A stretch of DNA of 64,000 nucleotides, taken from a virus. Both the position numbers and the translations under genes were made by a program. The notes under the pieces are model-generated. The model was given only the letters and a program-made list of their open reading frames with translations. It did no database searches and was not told where the DNA came from. Numbering within the stretch: position 1 is the stretch's first letter; each line of letters starts with the position of its first letter. Location: the IMG/VR virus record IMGVR_UViG_3300025687_000022, one strand, 5' to 3'. Positions 50,373 to 58,747 of the stretch are shown piece after piece.

Positions 50373-52004
50373 TTATTTTGTATTTAAAAATTGTGAAAAA
50401 TAGTTTTTATAAAGTTCATAGTTTTTTCCAAAAATATGACCATTTTTAAAAAATATCTGCGCTTCTTCTTTACGTTGCTCCAGATTATTTTGCGATTGCG
50501 ATCTGCCGCCTTCCATATATAAACCAACAACTTGTTCAACTTTAGAGAATATGCAGTTCTCGTTAACAGCACGAAGCCATAAATCCCAATCATCTGAAAA
50601 ATCTAGATTTACTTCATCAAAAAAACCAACTTTTTCATGAAGTCTTTTCCTCCACATTGGCATTGGCCCCGGTAAACATTTTATCATATTTTCTTTTGAA
50701 AATGGTAAAATGGAATGTTCAGATAATTTTGTTGATTTGGTGTTTTCTACTGTTTCGTTTTTTTTGTCCGTAACTAAGCAATCCCCATACACCAACTCTA
50801 TTTTATCACTGGATGTTAATCTATTATATAGAATTTCTATACCATCAATACTTTTTCTATCATCTATCATAGCCCAAACAACAAAAGGGCAATTACTCTT
50901 CATGATTGCTATATTGTGTCCAATTGTGGGCTTAAAATTTTTACTATATTGATAATAATGTATATTATTAAATTTTTTCATGTATTTTTTAACTATTTCT
51001 TTTTCTCTGCCGGGTGAAGCAGAATCAACTAGAATTAGTTCACACTGATCGAAAATTGTTTGTTTGGTTATGTTATCTAAATAATCTTCTATGTATTCTT
51101 CTGCTTTATGAAATGTTGTTATAATGCTAATCTTTTTATCAGTTTTTGTGATTCTAGGTTTATCTATTTCCTCTAATACTAAATTTAATATATAATCTCT
51201 TCTATCGTTCATATAATCTATTAATTTTTCGCCTTTTAGCTTAAACCACGGTTCATGACTAGCACCAACCATTTGATTTAAAATAACACCGACTCCCATC
51301 ATTCTAGCTTCACACACAATTCTAGATAATGTTTCCGGTGATTTAGGGAAAAAAATCAATTTTTTGTTATTACTAAGTTTATGTAAAAAATTGATATAAT
51401 TTGAGTCTTCTATTAAATCATATTCTAAATTATTTTTATTACAATAATCAATAGCACCTACTGTGTTTTTATGGGGTATTTGACTTTTCAAAATAGAAAC
51501 TCTATCTTTTTTTTGGTTTTGAGATAAAGCTTTCAATTTAGTTAATACTTCCAAAGACCACAAATTTCCATTTACGGATAAAACATTGTCTAACTCAAGA
51601 TTTTTTGTGATTATATTTTTGTGATAATTTGTTTGGCAAAAGACTTTTTTAGCATTTTTGTAAAAGAAATAATTTCTAAAATTATCATTTGAAGCTTTGA
51701 AGTCTTTAAAAAATATTGGATTTCTTGTATTTAAATATTTATGATCATGTTCGTATATTATGTATTCGCACTCATAGGTAATTTTTTCTCTAACATCATA
51801 TGAAAGATTACAAAAATTAGATATTATATAAAAACAATCCAGATTGTTTTGAATTATTTTCTTAGTAACCAAATGAGATTGAAAACATTCAACTTTCCTA
51901 CCACTATGTCTTAGAAGTTTAATTAATTCATGGTCGTTTAATTCGCCACCACCAACAATGTGGTTTACGAAAAAATCAGCTATATAAATTATTTTTCTAT
52001 TCAT
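50373..52004 (-). CDS. two-domain glycosyltransferase (GT-B/GT4-like N-terminus + GT2 C-terminus)
   Basis: GGGE and PETLSRIVCEARMMG (GT4 EX7E); then ISIITTF, ILVDSAS, IDD and DDWDLWLR (GT2). Confidence 0.85.
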   Translation of the reverse strand: MNRKIIYIADFFVNHIVGGGELNDHELIKLLRHSGRKVECFQSHLVTKKIIQNNLDCFYIISNFCNLSYDVREKITYECEYIIYEHDHKYLNTRNPIFFKDFKASNDNFRNYFFYKNAKKVFCQTNYHKNIITKNLELDNVLSVNGNLWSLEVLTKLKALSQNQKKDRVSILKSQIPHKNTVGAIDYCNKNNLEYDLIEDSNYINFLHKLSNNKKLIFFPKSPETLSRIVCEARMMGVGVILNQMVGASHEPWFKLKGEKLIDYMNDRRDYILNLVLEEIDKPRITKTDKKISIITTFHKAEEYIEDYLDNITKQTIFDQCELILVDSASPGREKEIVKKYMKKFNNIHYYQYSKNFKPTIGHNIAIMKSNCPFVVWAMIDDRKSIDGIEILYNRLTSSDKIELVYGDCLVTDKKNETVENTKSTKLSEHSILPFSKENMIKCLPGPMPMWRKRLHEKVGFFDEVNLDFSDDWDLWLRAVNENCIFSKVEQVVGLYMEGGRSQSQNNLEQRKEEAQIFFKNGHIFGKNYELYKNYFSQFLNTK

Positions 52005-53259
52005 ATTCTTTTATAATATCCGATATTTCATTAAACCAATCATTGACATTTTCTTGATTATTATAAAATAAAATAATAAACCTCTCATACATCTTTTCGG
52101 CAGAGAAAGTCTCGTGTAGGCGCTTTACATTTTGCTCCAAAGCAATCATTTGTGTACCACGAGTCTCTTCGTTAGTCATTTGTTCATAACAAAGTCTCAT
52201 TTGTTGCTTTGCAGACTGCTCACGCGGATAAGCCCACATAGAGTCTTTGATCAAAACATTCTCCCAAACAACCTCCTGCTGAATTGGCTGTAAGTCAAAT
52301 GCGACGTTATAAAAATGTTGCTTACCTTGCTCATCAACCAAAAAATCTAACTGCCCTGACCAGCCTGTAGCGACCACAGGAAGCCCAGAATAGGCTGCTT
52401 CAAAGATTGGAAGACCAAAACCCTCACCATGAGGTAAAGCAAGGAAAGCATCTACAGAAGAATCTTTATAAAGCGCATGCATTTCTTTATCGGTCATATC
52501 GCCATGAAGAAGATAAACTTTGCATTTGTGTTCTGGAAGGTTTGCTAAAAACGATTTAAGATCTTTAAGAATCTTGTTTCTATCCATTAAGCTATTTTTA
52601 ACAATGTTGGTCTTAAGAATTAAGCCAACGTCTTCGTTATCTGCGAATTCCTCAACAAACCACTTAAGAGTATTTGGAAGGTTTTTGCGAGGTCCAAACT
52701 GAGCAACAGATAGAAAATTAAAGCTGGTGGAAAGATTTAGATTTAAATCTGGAAGGTTTTCAAAAACTTTAACTGGATAATTCACAGCCTCAACTGGAGT
52801 TTGAAGTCTGTACTGAAATTCTTGCTGACCGTTGGTTGCAATAGCCACAGTGTCTTCAAAGATATTTTTAGAATGGTTAGAGACAACAATAATTTTATCT
52901 ACAACCTCATTTCCTTTTTGAAGCCAGACGGGAGCCACTTTAGTTGTTTCAATTCCAGCCGTGTAGCCAATATTGATAGGAGCCAGTTTTTCCCATTCGT
53001 TTGGAATCGTAACTTGAACTGACATATCAAAAGTGCCACCGCTTTGAATATAAGCAATGGTCTTTTCAATCGTCATATCGATCCATACTCGCTCTTCATC
53101 CATGTCAGTCAGCCAAGACGTGGCACCCCATTGAAGAGGCTGAATGAAAACTTCAAATAAGTCCTCTCTTGAGCGAAGAGAGCGTAGCGCAAATCTTGCT
53201 TGCTCTCCATAGCCAGAACGAGTTAGTAGTGGTCCTTTTAGTAAAACCTTTTTTCTCAC
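51997..53259 (-). CDS. GT4-family glycosyltransferase
   Basis: RSGYG, PRKN and HGEGFGLPIFEAAYSGLPVV; GTG start after GGAGG. Confidence 0.9.
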   Translation of the reverse strand: MRKKVLLKGPLLTRSGYGEQARFALRSLRSREDLFEVFIQPLQWGATSWLTDMDEERVWIDMTIEKTIAYIQSGGTFDMSVQVTIPNEWEKLAPINIGYTAGIETTKVAPVWLQKGNEVVDKIIVVSNHSKNIFEDTVAIATNGQQEFQYRLQTPVEAVNYPVKVFENLPDLNLNLSTSFNFLSVAQFGPRKNLPNTLKWFVEEFADNEDVGLILKTNIVKNSLMDRNKILKDLKSFLANLPEHKCKVYLLHGDMTDKEMHALYKDSSVDAFLALPHGEGFGLPIFEAAYSGLPVVATGWSGQLDFLVDEQGKQHFYNVAFDLQPIQQEVVWENVLIKDSMWAYPREQSAKQQMRLCYEQMTNEETRGTQMIALEQNVKRLHETFSAEKMYERFIILFYNNQENVNDWFNEISDIIKEYE

Positions 53260-54542
53260 GCTACCTCCAGTAAGTGCCAAGTTTGATAGTTCTTTCTATT
53301 TTCCCAAGAACCATGCTTCTCGATTATTTCATCCATTATCCGTACCCATTCGCTTTCATAGTTATCAAAGTTGTAATTTTCACGAACATGCATCTGACCA
53401 GAAATAGACATTTTCTTATAAGCACGGTCGCTTGTATACATAGCTTCGCTTAAAGCATTGATAAAGTCTTGTTTGGCGATTCTATCCTCGTAAATATAAG
53501 GAACGCTTAAAGAACCAATAATAGACTTAGATGCAGGCTCTATGCCGATACCAAACCAATCTTTACCATTTGTAACTTGCTCTTGCAATCCACCAGTCAT
53601 GTTAACAATAATTGGAGTTCCACAAGACAGCGATTCAAGCGTAGATAACCCAAAGCCTTCTGCATCTGAAATATTAATCGTAAAATCGGCTGCATTATAA
53701 ATATTCGCAAGGTCTTCTGGTGCTACCTTATTTGTTGAAATAAGAACCTGACCATCATCAAGACCAAGATGCTCAATAATGTGTGGCAGATCTTGACCAT
53801 GTGGGTCACGAGGATCAGTGTGCATTAGTAACATCGCTTTATCATGACCAACATAATCTAGAAAGCTTTTAAACCACCAGATAAGTGTACCGCTTTGTTT
53901 ACGACGGGCATTTCTGTTATTCCAAAAGAAAATAGTTTTTTCTTTATTTTTGAACTTTCTACTTGATTCAACAGTTAGTTTGGTTCTTGTATCTTTTACT
54001 TGTTGCTTTAGTTCATCAGTTTTATACTTATAAAAAACATTGGAATTTACAGCATGTGGAAGATAACGCGAGCTTACATCTGGTGAAACTTCCTTAACAA
54101 TGTCATGGGTCACTTTTGAGATGCAAACAACCTCATCGGTTGAGTTATAAAACTCAGCGTTGTAGTGAGGAGCAGGAAAGTTATCCCATACATGATAATA
54201 AACCATAGGAACACAAGCCCTAATCTCATTTTCAATTTCCCAAAGCCAAGTATAAAAACGAGGATCAGTCATAAACCAAAGAACATCGGGGCGCTCTTTC
54301 TGCAGAATTGACCGAATAATCTCGTGATTACCATAACCATCAACTGGAAAGATTCGCCAATCATCACCATAAGGTTCGACTTTCTGCGGCTGATAGCTCT
54401 GATGCTTCATAGCCCCGCCCAAGCAAACGAAAGAATATCGTCCAGTCTTGAGCAGGGCTTCAATCATATATTTTGTTTGCGTACCAACACCAGACGGTGT
54501 TAGTGGATGGTCCGATAAGACCAAAATCTTTTTCTTTTGCAT
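53256..54542 (-). CDS. GT4-family glycosyltransferase
   Basis: PSGVG, NRNARRK and AEGFGLSTLESLSCGTPII. Confidence 0.9.
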   Translation of the reverse strand: MQKKKILVLSDHPLTPSGVGTQTKYMIEALLKTGRYSFVCLGGAMKHQSYQPQKVEPYGDDWRIFPVDGYGNHEIIRSILQKERPDVLWFMTDPRFYTWLWEIENEIRACVPMVYYHVWDNFPAPHYNAEFYNSTDEVVCISKVTHDIVKEVSPDVSSRYLPHAVNSNVFYKYKTDELKQQVKDTRTKLTVESSRKFKNKEKTIFFWNNRNARRKQSGTLIWWFKSFLDYVGHDKAMLLMHTDPRDPHGQDLPHIIEHLGLDDGQVLISTNKVAPEDLANIYNAADFTINISDAEGFGLSTLESLSCGTPIIVNMTGGLQEQVTNGKDWFGIGIEPASKSIIGSLSVPYIYEDRIAKQDFINALSEAMYTSDRAYKKMSISGQMHVRENYNFDNYESEWVRIMDEIIEKHGSWENRKNYQTWHLLEVA

Positions 54543-54549
54543 TTATACC

Positions 54550-55308
54550 TCATGGGCACTGCTCCGAGTGCCGAAATACACATTTTTTACAAGACAAGCG
54601 ATTTTTAATGTATCGCTGACTTTTAATATTATACAATGCCTTTTCTAAAAGTTTAAGGGCATTTTGAGTTTTTCTTGGACCACTAGTGACTCTAAAAAAT
54701 TCAACTCGATCCTTCTTGGCAGTACGCTTAAGTAGTGCAAAGTGAGTTTCAATCTTTTTAGGGTCAATATTCATTTTAACAGAATAGAAATACTTGTATA
54801 GGGTTAGCTGATAAGTTGTGATAGCATCAGACCGCTTTTGAGCGTCCCAGCCCCATGAACAAGTCTTCCAATCAAAGATGTGGTACTTGCCGTCAGGTGT
54901 CTTGACAATAGCATCAATATATCCGTTGAACTGATAATCTTCGTGATTATCAATCGGCTCACCAAGCTCTTGCTCAATAGCAACAACCTCGTATTCACCG
55001 AAATAATCATCAAGCGCATCTTTAATCTCAGGGATAATCTGATTACCTTGAGTACGCATATCATTTACAAGGTCTTCTCTAATTTCAACATCAGATAGAC
55101 TTTCAATGTTCTTAGAAAACTCTTGAATAAAATAAGACTCGTCAATATCCTCGTTTAGTAGAATTTTTTCACAAGCGCTGTGGATTGTAGTTCCAAAAGC
55201 CGTAAACTCATTACCAGTAAAGCCGTCGATCTTGTCAATACGAGTAAGCTTGTGGTAAAAAGCACAAAAAACCCAATCCTTCAAGCTAGAATAAGAAATA
55301 TGTGCCAT
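54550..55308 (-). CDS. PD-(D/E)XK Cas4/RecB-like exonuclease
   Basis: GTTIH, GYID, DWKT and QLTLY; one N-terminal Cys plus CKKC...C (Fe-S staple pattern). Confidence 0.85.
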   Translation of the reverse strand: MAHISYSSLKDWVFCAFYHKLTRIDKIDGFTGNEFTAFGTTIHSACEKILLNEDIDESYFIQEFSKNIESLSDVEIREDLVNDMRTQGNQIIPEIKDALDDYFGEYEVVAIEQELGEPIDNHEDYQFNGYIDAIVKTPDGKYHIFDWKTCSWGWDAQKRSDAITTYQLTLYKYFYSVKMNIDPKKIETHFALLKRTAKKDRVEFFRVTSGPRKTQNALKLLEKALYNIKSQRYIKNRLSCKKCVFRHSEQCP

Positions 55309-55328
55309 CTTTTCTCCTTTGTCATAAT

Positions 55329-55357
55329 AATATAACCTTTGGAGATCAGATCGTCAA
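55329..55357 (-). promoter_or_regulatory. sigma70-type promoter
   Basis: TTGACG-17 nt-TATATT, then SD AAAGGAG and ATG 55308. Confidence 0.75.
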
Positions 55358-56040
55358 GTTTGATCTTTCATTTTATTTATTTTATCTATCTTAGAGTATA
55401 GAATAGGGCAAGTCATTTTCAACCAAACGAGGTCTTCGTTTAAATAATAATAAGTAAATCCTGTTGCAAAATATTCTCTTAATGAAGTAGCAGCATAAGC
55501 ACTAATAAAAATACCAAGAGCGACCATTGATAATTTATTATAGCCAACTTTGTTTAATAGGTAATCATCAAACTCAGCATCATATTCTGGATCTAAAAAG
55601 AAACTTTTTGGTGTTTTGTAACCATGAGCCCAAAGCTCATCATAAAGACGAATTCTTTTTTGCAAGAACTCTTCTTCAAGTTGTTTGTCTCCGTATATTT
55701 CATATCCATAAGATTCTTCTAAAGAATGTGACATTTCATGAATTAAATCATCAATAAGATCTGCCTCATTATCTTGTTCATTTGAAATGTAAAGGCAACC
55801 ATCACTATAGAATGCATTTATTTTTCTTTCTTCAAACTCTTTGAAGTGTCCGATTGCAACCATTTCAACTTCAGAAAATAAATGTGGCGGCAAAACACTT
55901 TCTAATTTTGAAATTACTACTTCGGGGTTAACTCCGTTTGAAACAGGATCTTTAACGTAAACGTGTAGACCGTTTGAAGTATAAAAATCGTTCACGCTAT
56001 TCAGATTCCGCTGATAGGACTCTTTCAAGTAATTGAGCAT
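55354..56040 (-). CDS. putative zinc metallopeptidase (HExxH)
   Basis: LIHEMSH with downstream YAATSLREYFA. Confidence 0.6.
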   Translation of the reverse strand: MLNYLKESYQRNLNSVNDFYTSNGLHVYVKDPVSNGVNPEVVISKLESVLPPHLFSEVEMVAIGHFKEFEERKINAFYSDGCLYISNEQDNEADLIDDLIHEMSHSLEESYGYEIYGDKQLEEEFLQKRIRLYDELWAHGYKTPKSFFLDPEYDAEFDDYLLNKVGYNKLSMVALGIFISAYAATSLREYFATGFTYYYLNEDLVWLKMTCPILYSKIDKINKMKDQT

Positions 56041-56275
56041 CTTCTAAACCCTCTTGGTATCCTCTTAAGAAATTTTCTTCGGCTACTGCATAAAGAAATT
56101 CTGGAAACTCAGAAGCAATAACCTCGACAATCATATTCACAGAAACTTCTTCAGAATTAAATTTCGTCCCAGCATACTCAACCAAATATTTTTTCAAATC
56201 AGAATCAGGCTGGACAACCAGCCCTAAATCTGGGTTTGTATGAACTTCTTCTTCTGTCAATACTTTCTCATTCAT
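55997..56275 (-). CDS. hypothetical protein
   Basis: 92-aa ORF translationally coupled to phoH. Confidence 0.6.
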   Translation of the reverse strand: MNEKVLTEEEVHTNPDLGLVVQPDSDLKKYLVEYAGTKFNSEEVSVNMIVEVIASEFPEFLYAVAEENFLRGYQEGLEDAQLLERVLSAESE

Positions 56276-57612
56276 TATAACACCTTTGACGCTAATGTAG
56301 CAAGGTCAGAACGCTCGCCTTTCTTAAAAGTAACGTGCCCAGCAATCTTATAATTCTTAAACGATTCAACCGCATGAGCTAACCCATTTGATGTTTCGTT
56401 TACATAAGCATTGTCAATCTGTTCAACGTCACCAGTTAGAATGATTTTTGCATTCTCACCTATTCTTGTAATTATAGTCTTAATTTCGTGTTTTGTTAAG
56501 TTCTGTGCCTCATCAATTACGACAAAAGCATCTGATATACTTCTTCCGCGAATGTAAGTTAGTGCTTCAATTTCGATTTTGCCTTTATCAACATAAATCT
56601 GCATTGAAGTACCATCGCCCATAAGAAACTTTAAGTTATCTTGAATAGGCATAAGCCACGGAAGCATCTTTTCTTCCATCGTACCGGGAAGGAAGCCGAT
56701 ATCTTTGCCAAGAGGCTGAACAGGTCTAGAAACAATAAGACGAGAATAATGATTACTGTTTCCTCTTAATCCTATTGTTTGTTGCAGCCCTGCTGCTATC
56801 GCACATAAAGTTTTACCTGAGCCTGCTCTACCAACAAGAGAAACCAACCTAACATCAGGATCCATTAGCAAATCAATTGCAAAGGCTTGCTCTTTGTTTC
56901 TTGAGTTAATTTTCCAATCAGGTATCTTGTCATGATATATTTTTTTCAAAGGCGTCTGATGGTCCACAAAGCGTGCTATGCATGTTTTCTTTGGGTTCGC
57001 GTTAGAGATCAACAAAAGATATTGGTTTGGGTACAGCTTTTGATTAATTTCTTCTTTGTTTATAAATAAATGATTTCCATCGTAAAACTGTTCGATAAAA
57101 GCATCATCAACAAGAATCTCAGTAAAACCTTGGTAAAGCTCGTCTGAGGATTTTACAGCTTTTTCAGAATCATAATCTTCTGCAACGATACCTATAGAGT
57201 CACAGATAACTCGCATGTTAATGTCACGAGAAACTACAACTACTTTTCTTTTTGGATTTGTATTTTCAATTGCTTTGGCTGTTGCAATGATCTGATGATC
57301 TGGAACTGATAAGTTTAAATCAGATGGAAAGTTTGCATGCTCTAAAGCATCATAAGACATTACTTTTAATATGCCTTTGCCTTTATCGAGTCGGACGCCT
57401 TTCTGAAGACAACCCTTCGCTCTTAGTTCGTCTAAAAAGCGAATAATCTTTCTTGCGTTAACACCGACTGAATCTTGTCTTTTCTTGTGCTTGTCTATTT
57501 CTTCAAGCACTTTTAGAGGCAAAAATAAATCATGATTTTCAAATTTATAAATTGCTTCTGCGTCTGTTAGGCAAACGCTTGTATCTAATAAATAATTCTT
57601 CTTTACAGCCAT
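56275..57612 (-). CDS. phoH: PhoH2-type protein (PIN domain + PhoH ATPase)
   Basis: LLDTSV, VLEEID and SRDINMR (PIN); GRAGSGKT, IGFLPG, YIRGRS, IDEAQN and GDVEQID (PhoH). Confidence 0.95.
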   Translation of the reverse strand: MAVKKNYLLDTSVCLTDAEAIYKFENHDLFLPLKVLEEIDKHKKRQDSVGVNARKIIRFLDELRAKGCLQKGVRLDKGKGILKVMSYDALEHANFPSDLNLSVPDHQIIATAKAIENTNPKRKVVVVSRDINMRVICDSIGIVAEDYDSEKAVKSSDELYQGFTEILVDDAFIEQFYDGNHLFINKEEINQKLYPNQYLLLISNANPKKTCIARFVDHQTPLKKIYHDKIPDWKINSRNKEQAFAIDLLMDPDVRLVSLVGRAGSGKTLCAIAAGLQQTIGLRGNSNHYSRLIVSRPVQPLGKDIGFLPGTMEEKMLPWLMPIQDNLKFLMGDGTSMQIYVDKGKIEIEALTYIRGRSISDAFVVIDEAQNLTKHEIKTIITRIGENAKIILTGDVEQIDNAYVNETSNGLAHAVESFKNYKIAGHVTFKKGERSDLATLASKVL

Positions 57613-57662
57613 AAAAAACCCCTTATTGGCAAAAGATAAATAGTTCTCAACACTAATAAGGG
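57613..57662 (-). terminator. hairpin + U6 between tRNA-Pro and phoH (possible terminator or SD-sequestering stem)
   Basis: Inverted repeat CCCTTATT/AATAAGGG (57655-57662 and 57620-57627) followed by TTTTTT just before the ATG; large loop. Confidence 0.45.
57637..57644 (-). promoter_or_regulatory. putative late-promoter motif ACTATTTA inside the hairpin loop
   Basis: Exact motif about 25 nt upstream of the phoH ATG. Confidence 0.6.
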
Positions 57663-57672
57663 CAATTAAAAG

Positions 57673-57745
57673 TCTGAGTGGTAGGACTTGAACCTACAAC
57701 CCCCGCACCCCAAATGCGGTGCGCTACCAATTGCGCTACACCCAG
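57673..57745 (-). tRNA. tRNA-Pro(UGG)
   Basis: Cloverleaf: acceptor CTGGGTG/CACTCAG, anticodon arm CCGCA-TTTGGGG-TGCGG, GGTTCAAGTCC T-arm; CCA not encoded. Confidence 0.93.
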
Positions 57746-57756
57746 AAATAAGATAA

Positions 57757-57829
57757 TGGAGATAAAGAGATTCGAACTCTTGACCTTCTGCGTGCAAAGC
57801 AGATGCTCTCCCAACTGAGCTATACCCCC
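57757..57829 (-). tRNA. tRNA-Ala(UGC)
   Basis: GGGGGTA/TATCTCC acceptor with G3:U70, anticodon arm TCTGC-TTTGCAC-GCAGA, GTTCGAATC; CCA not encoded. Confidence 0.95.
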
Positions 57830-57836
57830 ATAATCC

Positions 57837-58031
57837 TTATCCGACTTTTTCAGTTAGATACTGAACATCGGAAGCAACATCGCTTTTAAAGCGCTTGAGT
57901 TCGTTTCGAAGAATATTAACTTCATCATTTAAAGCGCTGATTCTACCAAGAGCGTGAACAAGTCTTTTATTCTGCTCTTGAAGTCTGCTCTCAAAATAAT
58001 TTCTATCGAATACATCTACGGTATCGGGCAT
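57837..58031 (-). CDS. small coiled-coil protein
   Basis: SD GGAG before ATG 58031 (track start 58085); heptad pattern. Confidence 0.6.
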   Translation of the reverse strand: MPDTVDVFDRNYFESRLQEQNKRLVHALGRISALNDEVNILRNELKRFKSDVASDVQYLTEKVG

Positions 58032-58075
58032 CTTCACTCCTTTTTTAAAAATTGAAAACCAAATTTGCTTTATTC

Positions 58076-58104
58076 TTAATAACATTTTACACCATTCACG
58101 TCAA
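58076..58104 (-). promoter_or_regulatory. sigma70-type promoter for the coiled-coil gene and tRNAs
   Basis: TTGACG-17 nt-TATTAA; an overlapping alternative is TTTACA-16-TAAAAT. Confidence 0.55.
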
Positions 58105-58117
58105 ATGTAAAGTTATT

Positions 58118-58612
58118 TTACCACAAATAATTCTTCCAGATATCATTTATTTGAGAATTACTAACATATCTAAGAGAAGAATATCTTGGTGGTGCTGGAG
58201 TTCTTAGCAAATCCATGCCACTTTCTTTTGGCGTTCTATTACTTTTCTTTTGGTTGCATTTTCTGCAAGCAGCAACAAGATTGTTCCAAGAGTTATTGCC
58301 ACCACGAGATTTAGGCAAAACATGATCTAATGTCAGTTCTTTATCTGGAAATCTGTTTCCGCAGTATTGACAAATATTATCATCTCTACAAAGAATGTGC
58401 TTTCTAGTTGGAGATACAATAGCTGTCCTATACTTTACCAATCGATTTAAAACAATAACTGCTGGAAGCTCAAAAGTTTGGCTTGTTGAATTTATTTTTT
58501 GTGTGTAATTTTCAATTGCCTTTGCTTTGCCAATAATACAAAGAACTAAAGCCTCTAAAGAATCTATAACTTCGATTGGTCGAAAAGTAGAATCTAATTT
58601 TAAAGTTTTCAT
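58118..58612 (-). CDS. HNH endonuclease (McrA/HNH_5-like)
   Basis: RDDNICQYCG, TLDHVLPKSRGG and NLVAACRKCNQKK. Confidence 0.92.
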   Translation of the reverse strand: MKTLKLDSTFRPIEVIDSLEALVLCIIGKAKAIENYTQKINSTSQTFELPAVIVLNRLVKYRTAIVSPTRKHILCRDDNICQYCGNRFPDKELTLDHVLPKSRGGNNSWNNLVAACRKCNQKKSNRTPKESGMDLLRTPAPPRYSSLRYVSNSQINDIWKNYLW

Positions 58613-58740
58613 TATTCTTCTTCGTATTCTTCTTCACGCTCGTCATAACAAGAAAGACAAATTATCTCTCCATCTTCAGTAATTTCATAACCTGAATTAT
58701 AAATGCAGGTATCGCAGAAATCACAAACTTTAGCAGTCAT
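58612..58740 (-). CDS. 42-aa zinc-finger microprotein (not in ORF track)
   Basis: MTAKVCDFCDTCIYNSGYEITEDGEIICLSCYDEREEEYEEE; TAATG-coupled to the HNH gene. Confidence 0.7.
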   Translation of the reverse strand: MTAKVCDFCDTCIYNSGYEITEDGEIICLSCYDEREEEYEEE

Positions 58741-58747
58741 TTATTTT

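Noticed and set aside
58118-58612. HNH as part of an intron or other mobile element
   Set aside because: No interrupted host gene, flanking repeats or intron-like non-coding sequence is visible; it is coupled into an ordinary operon.
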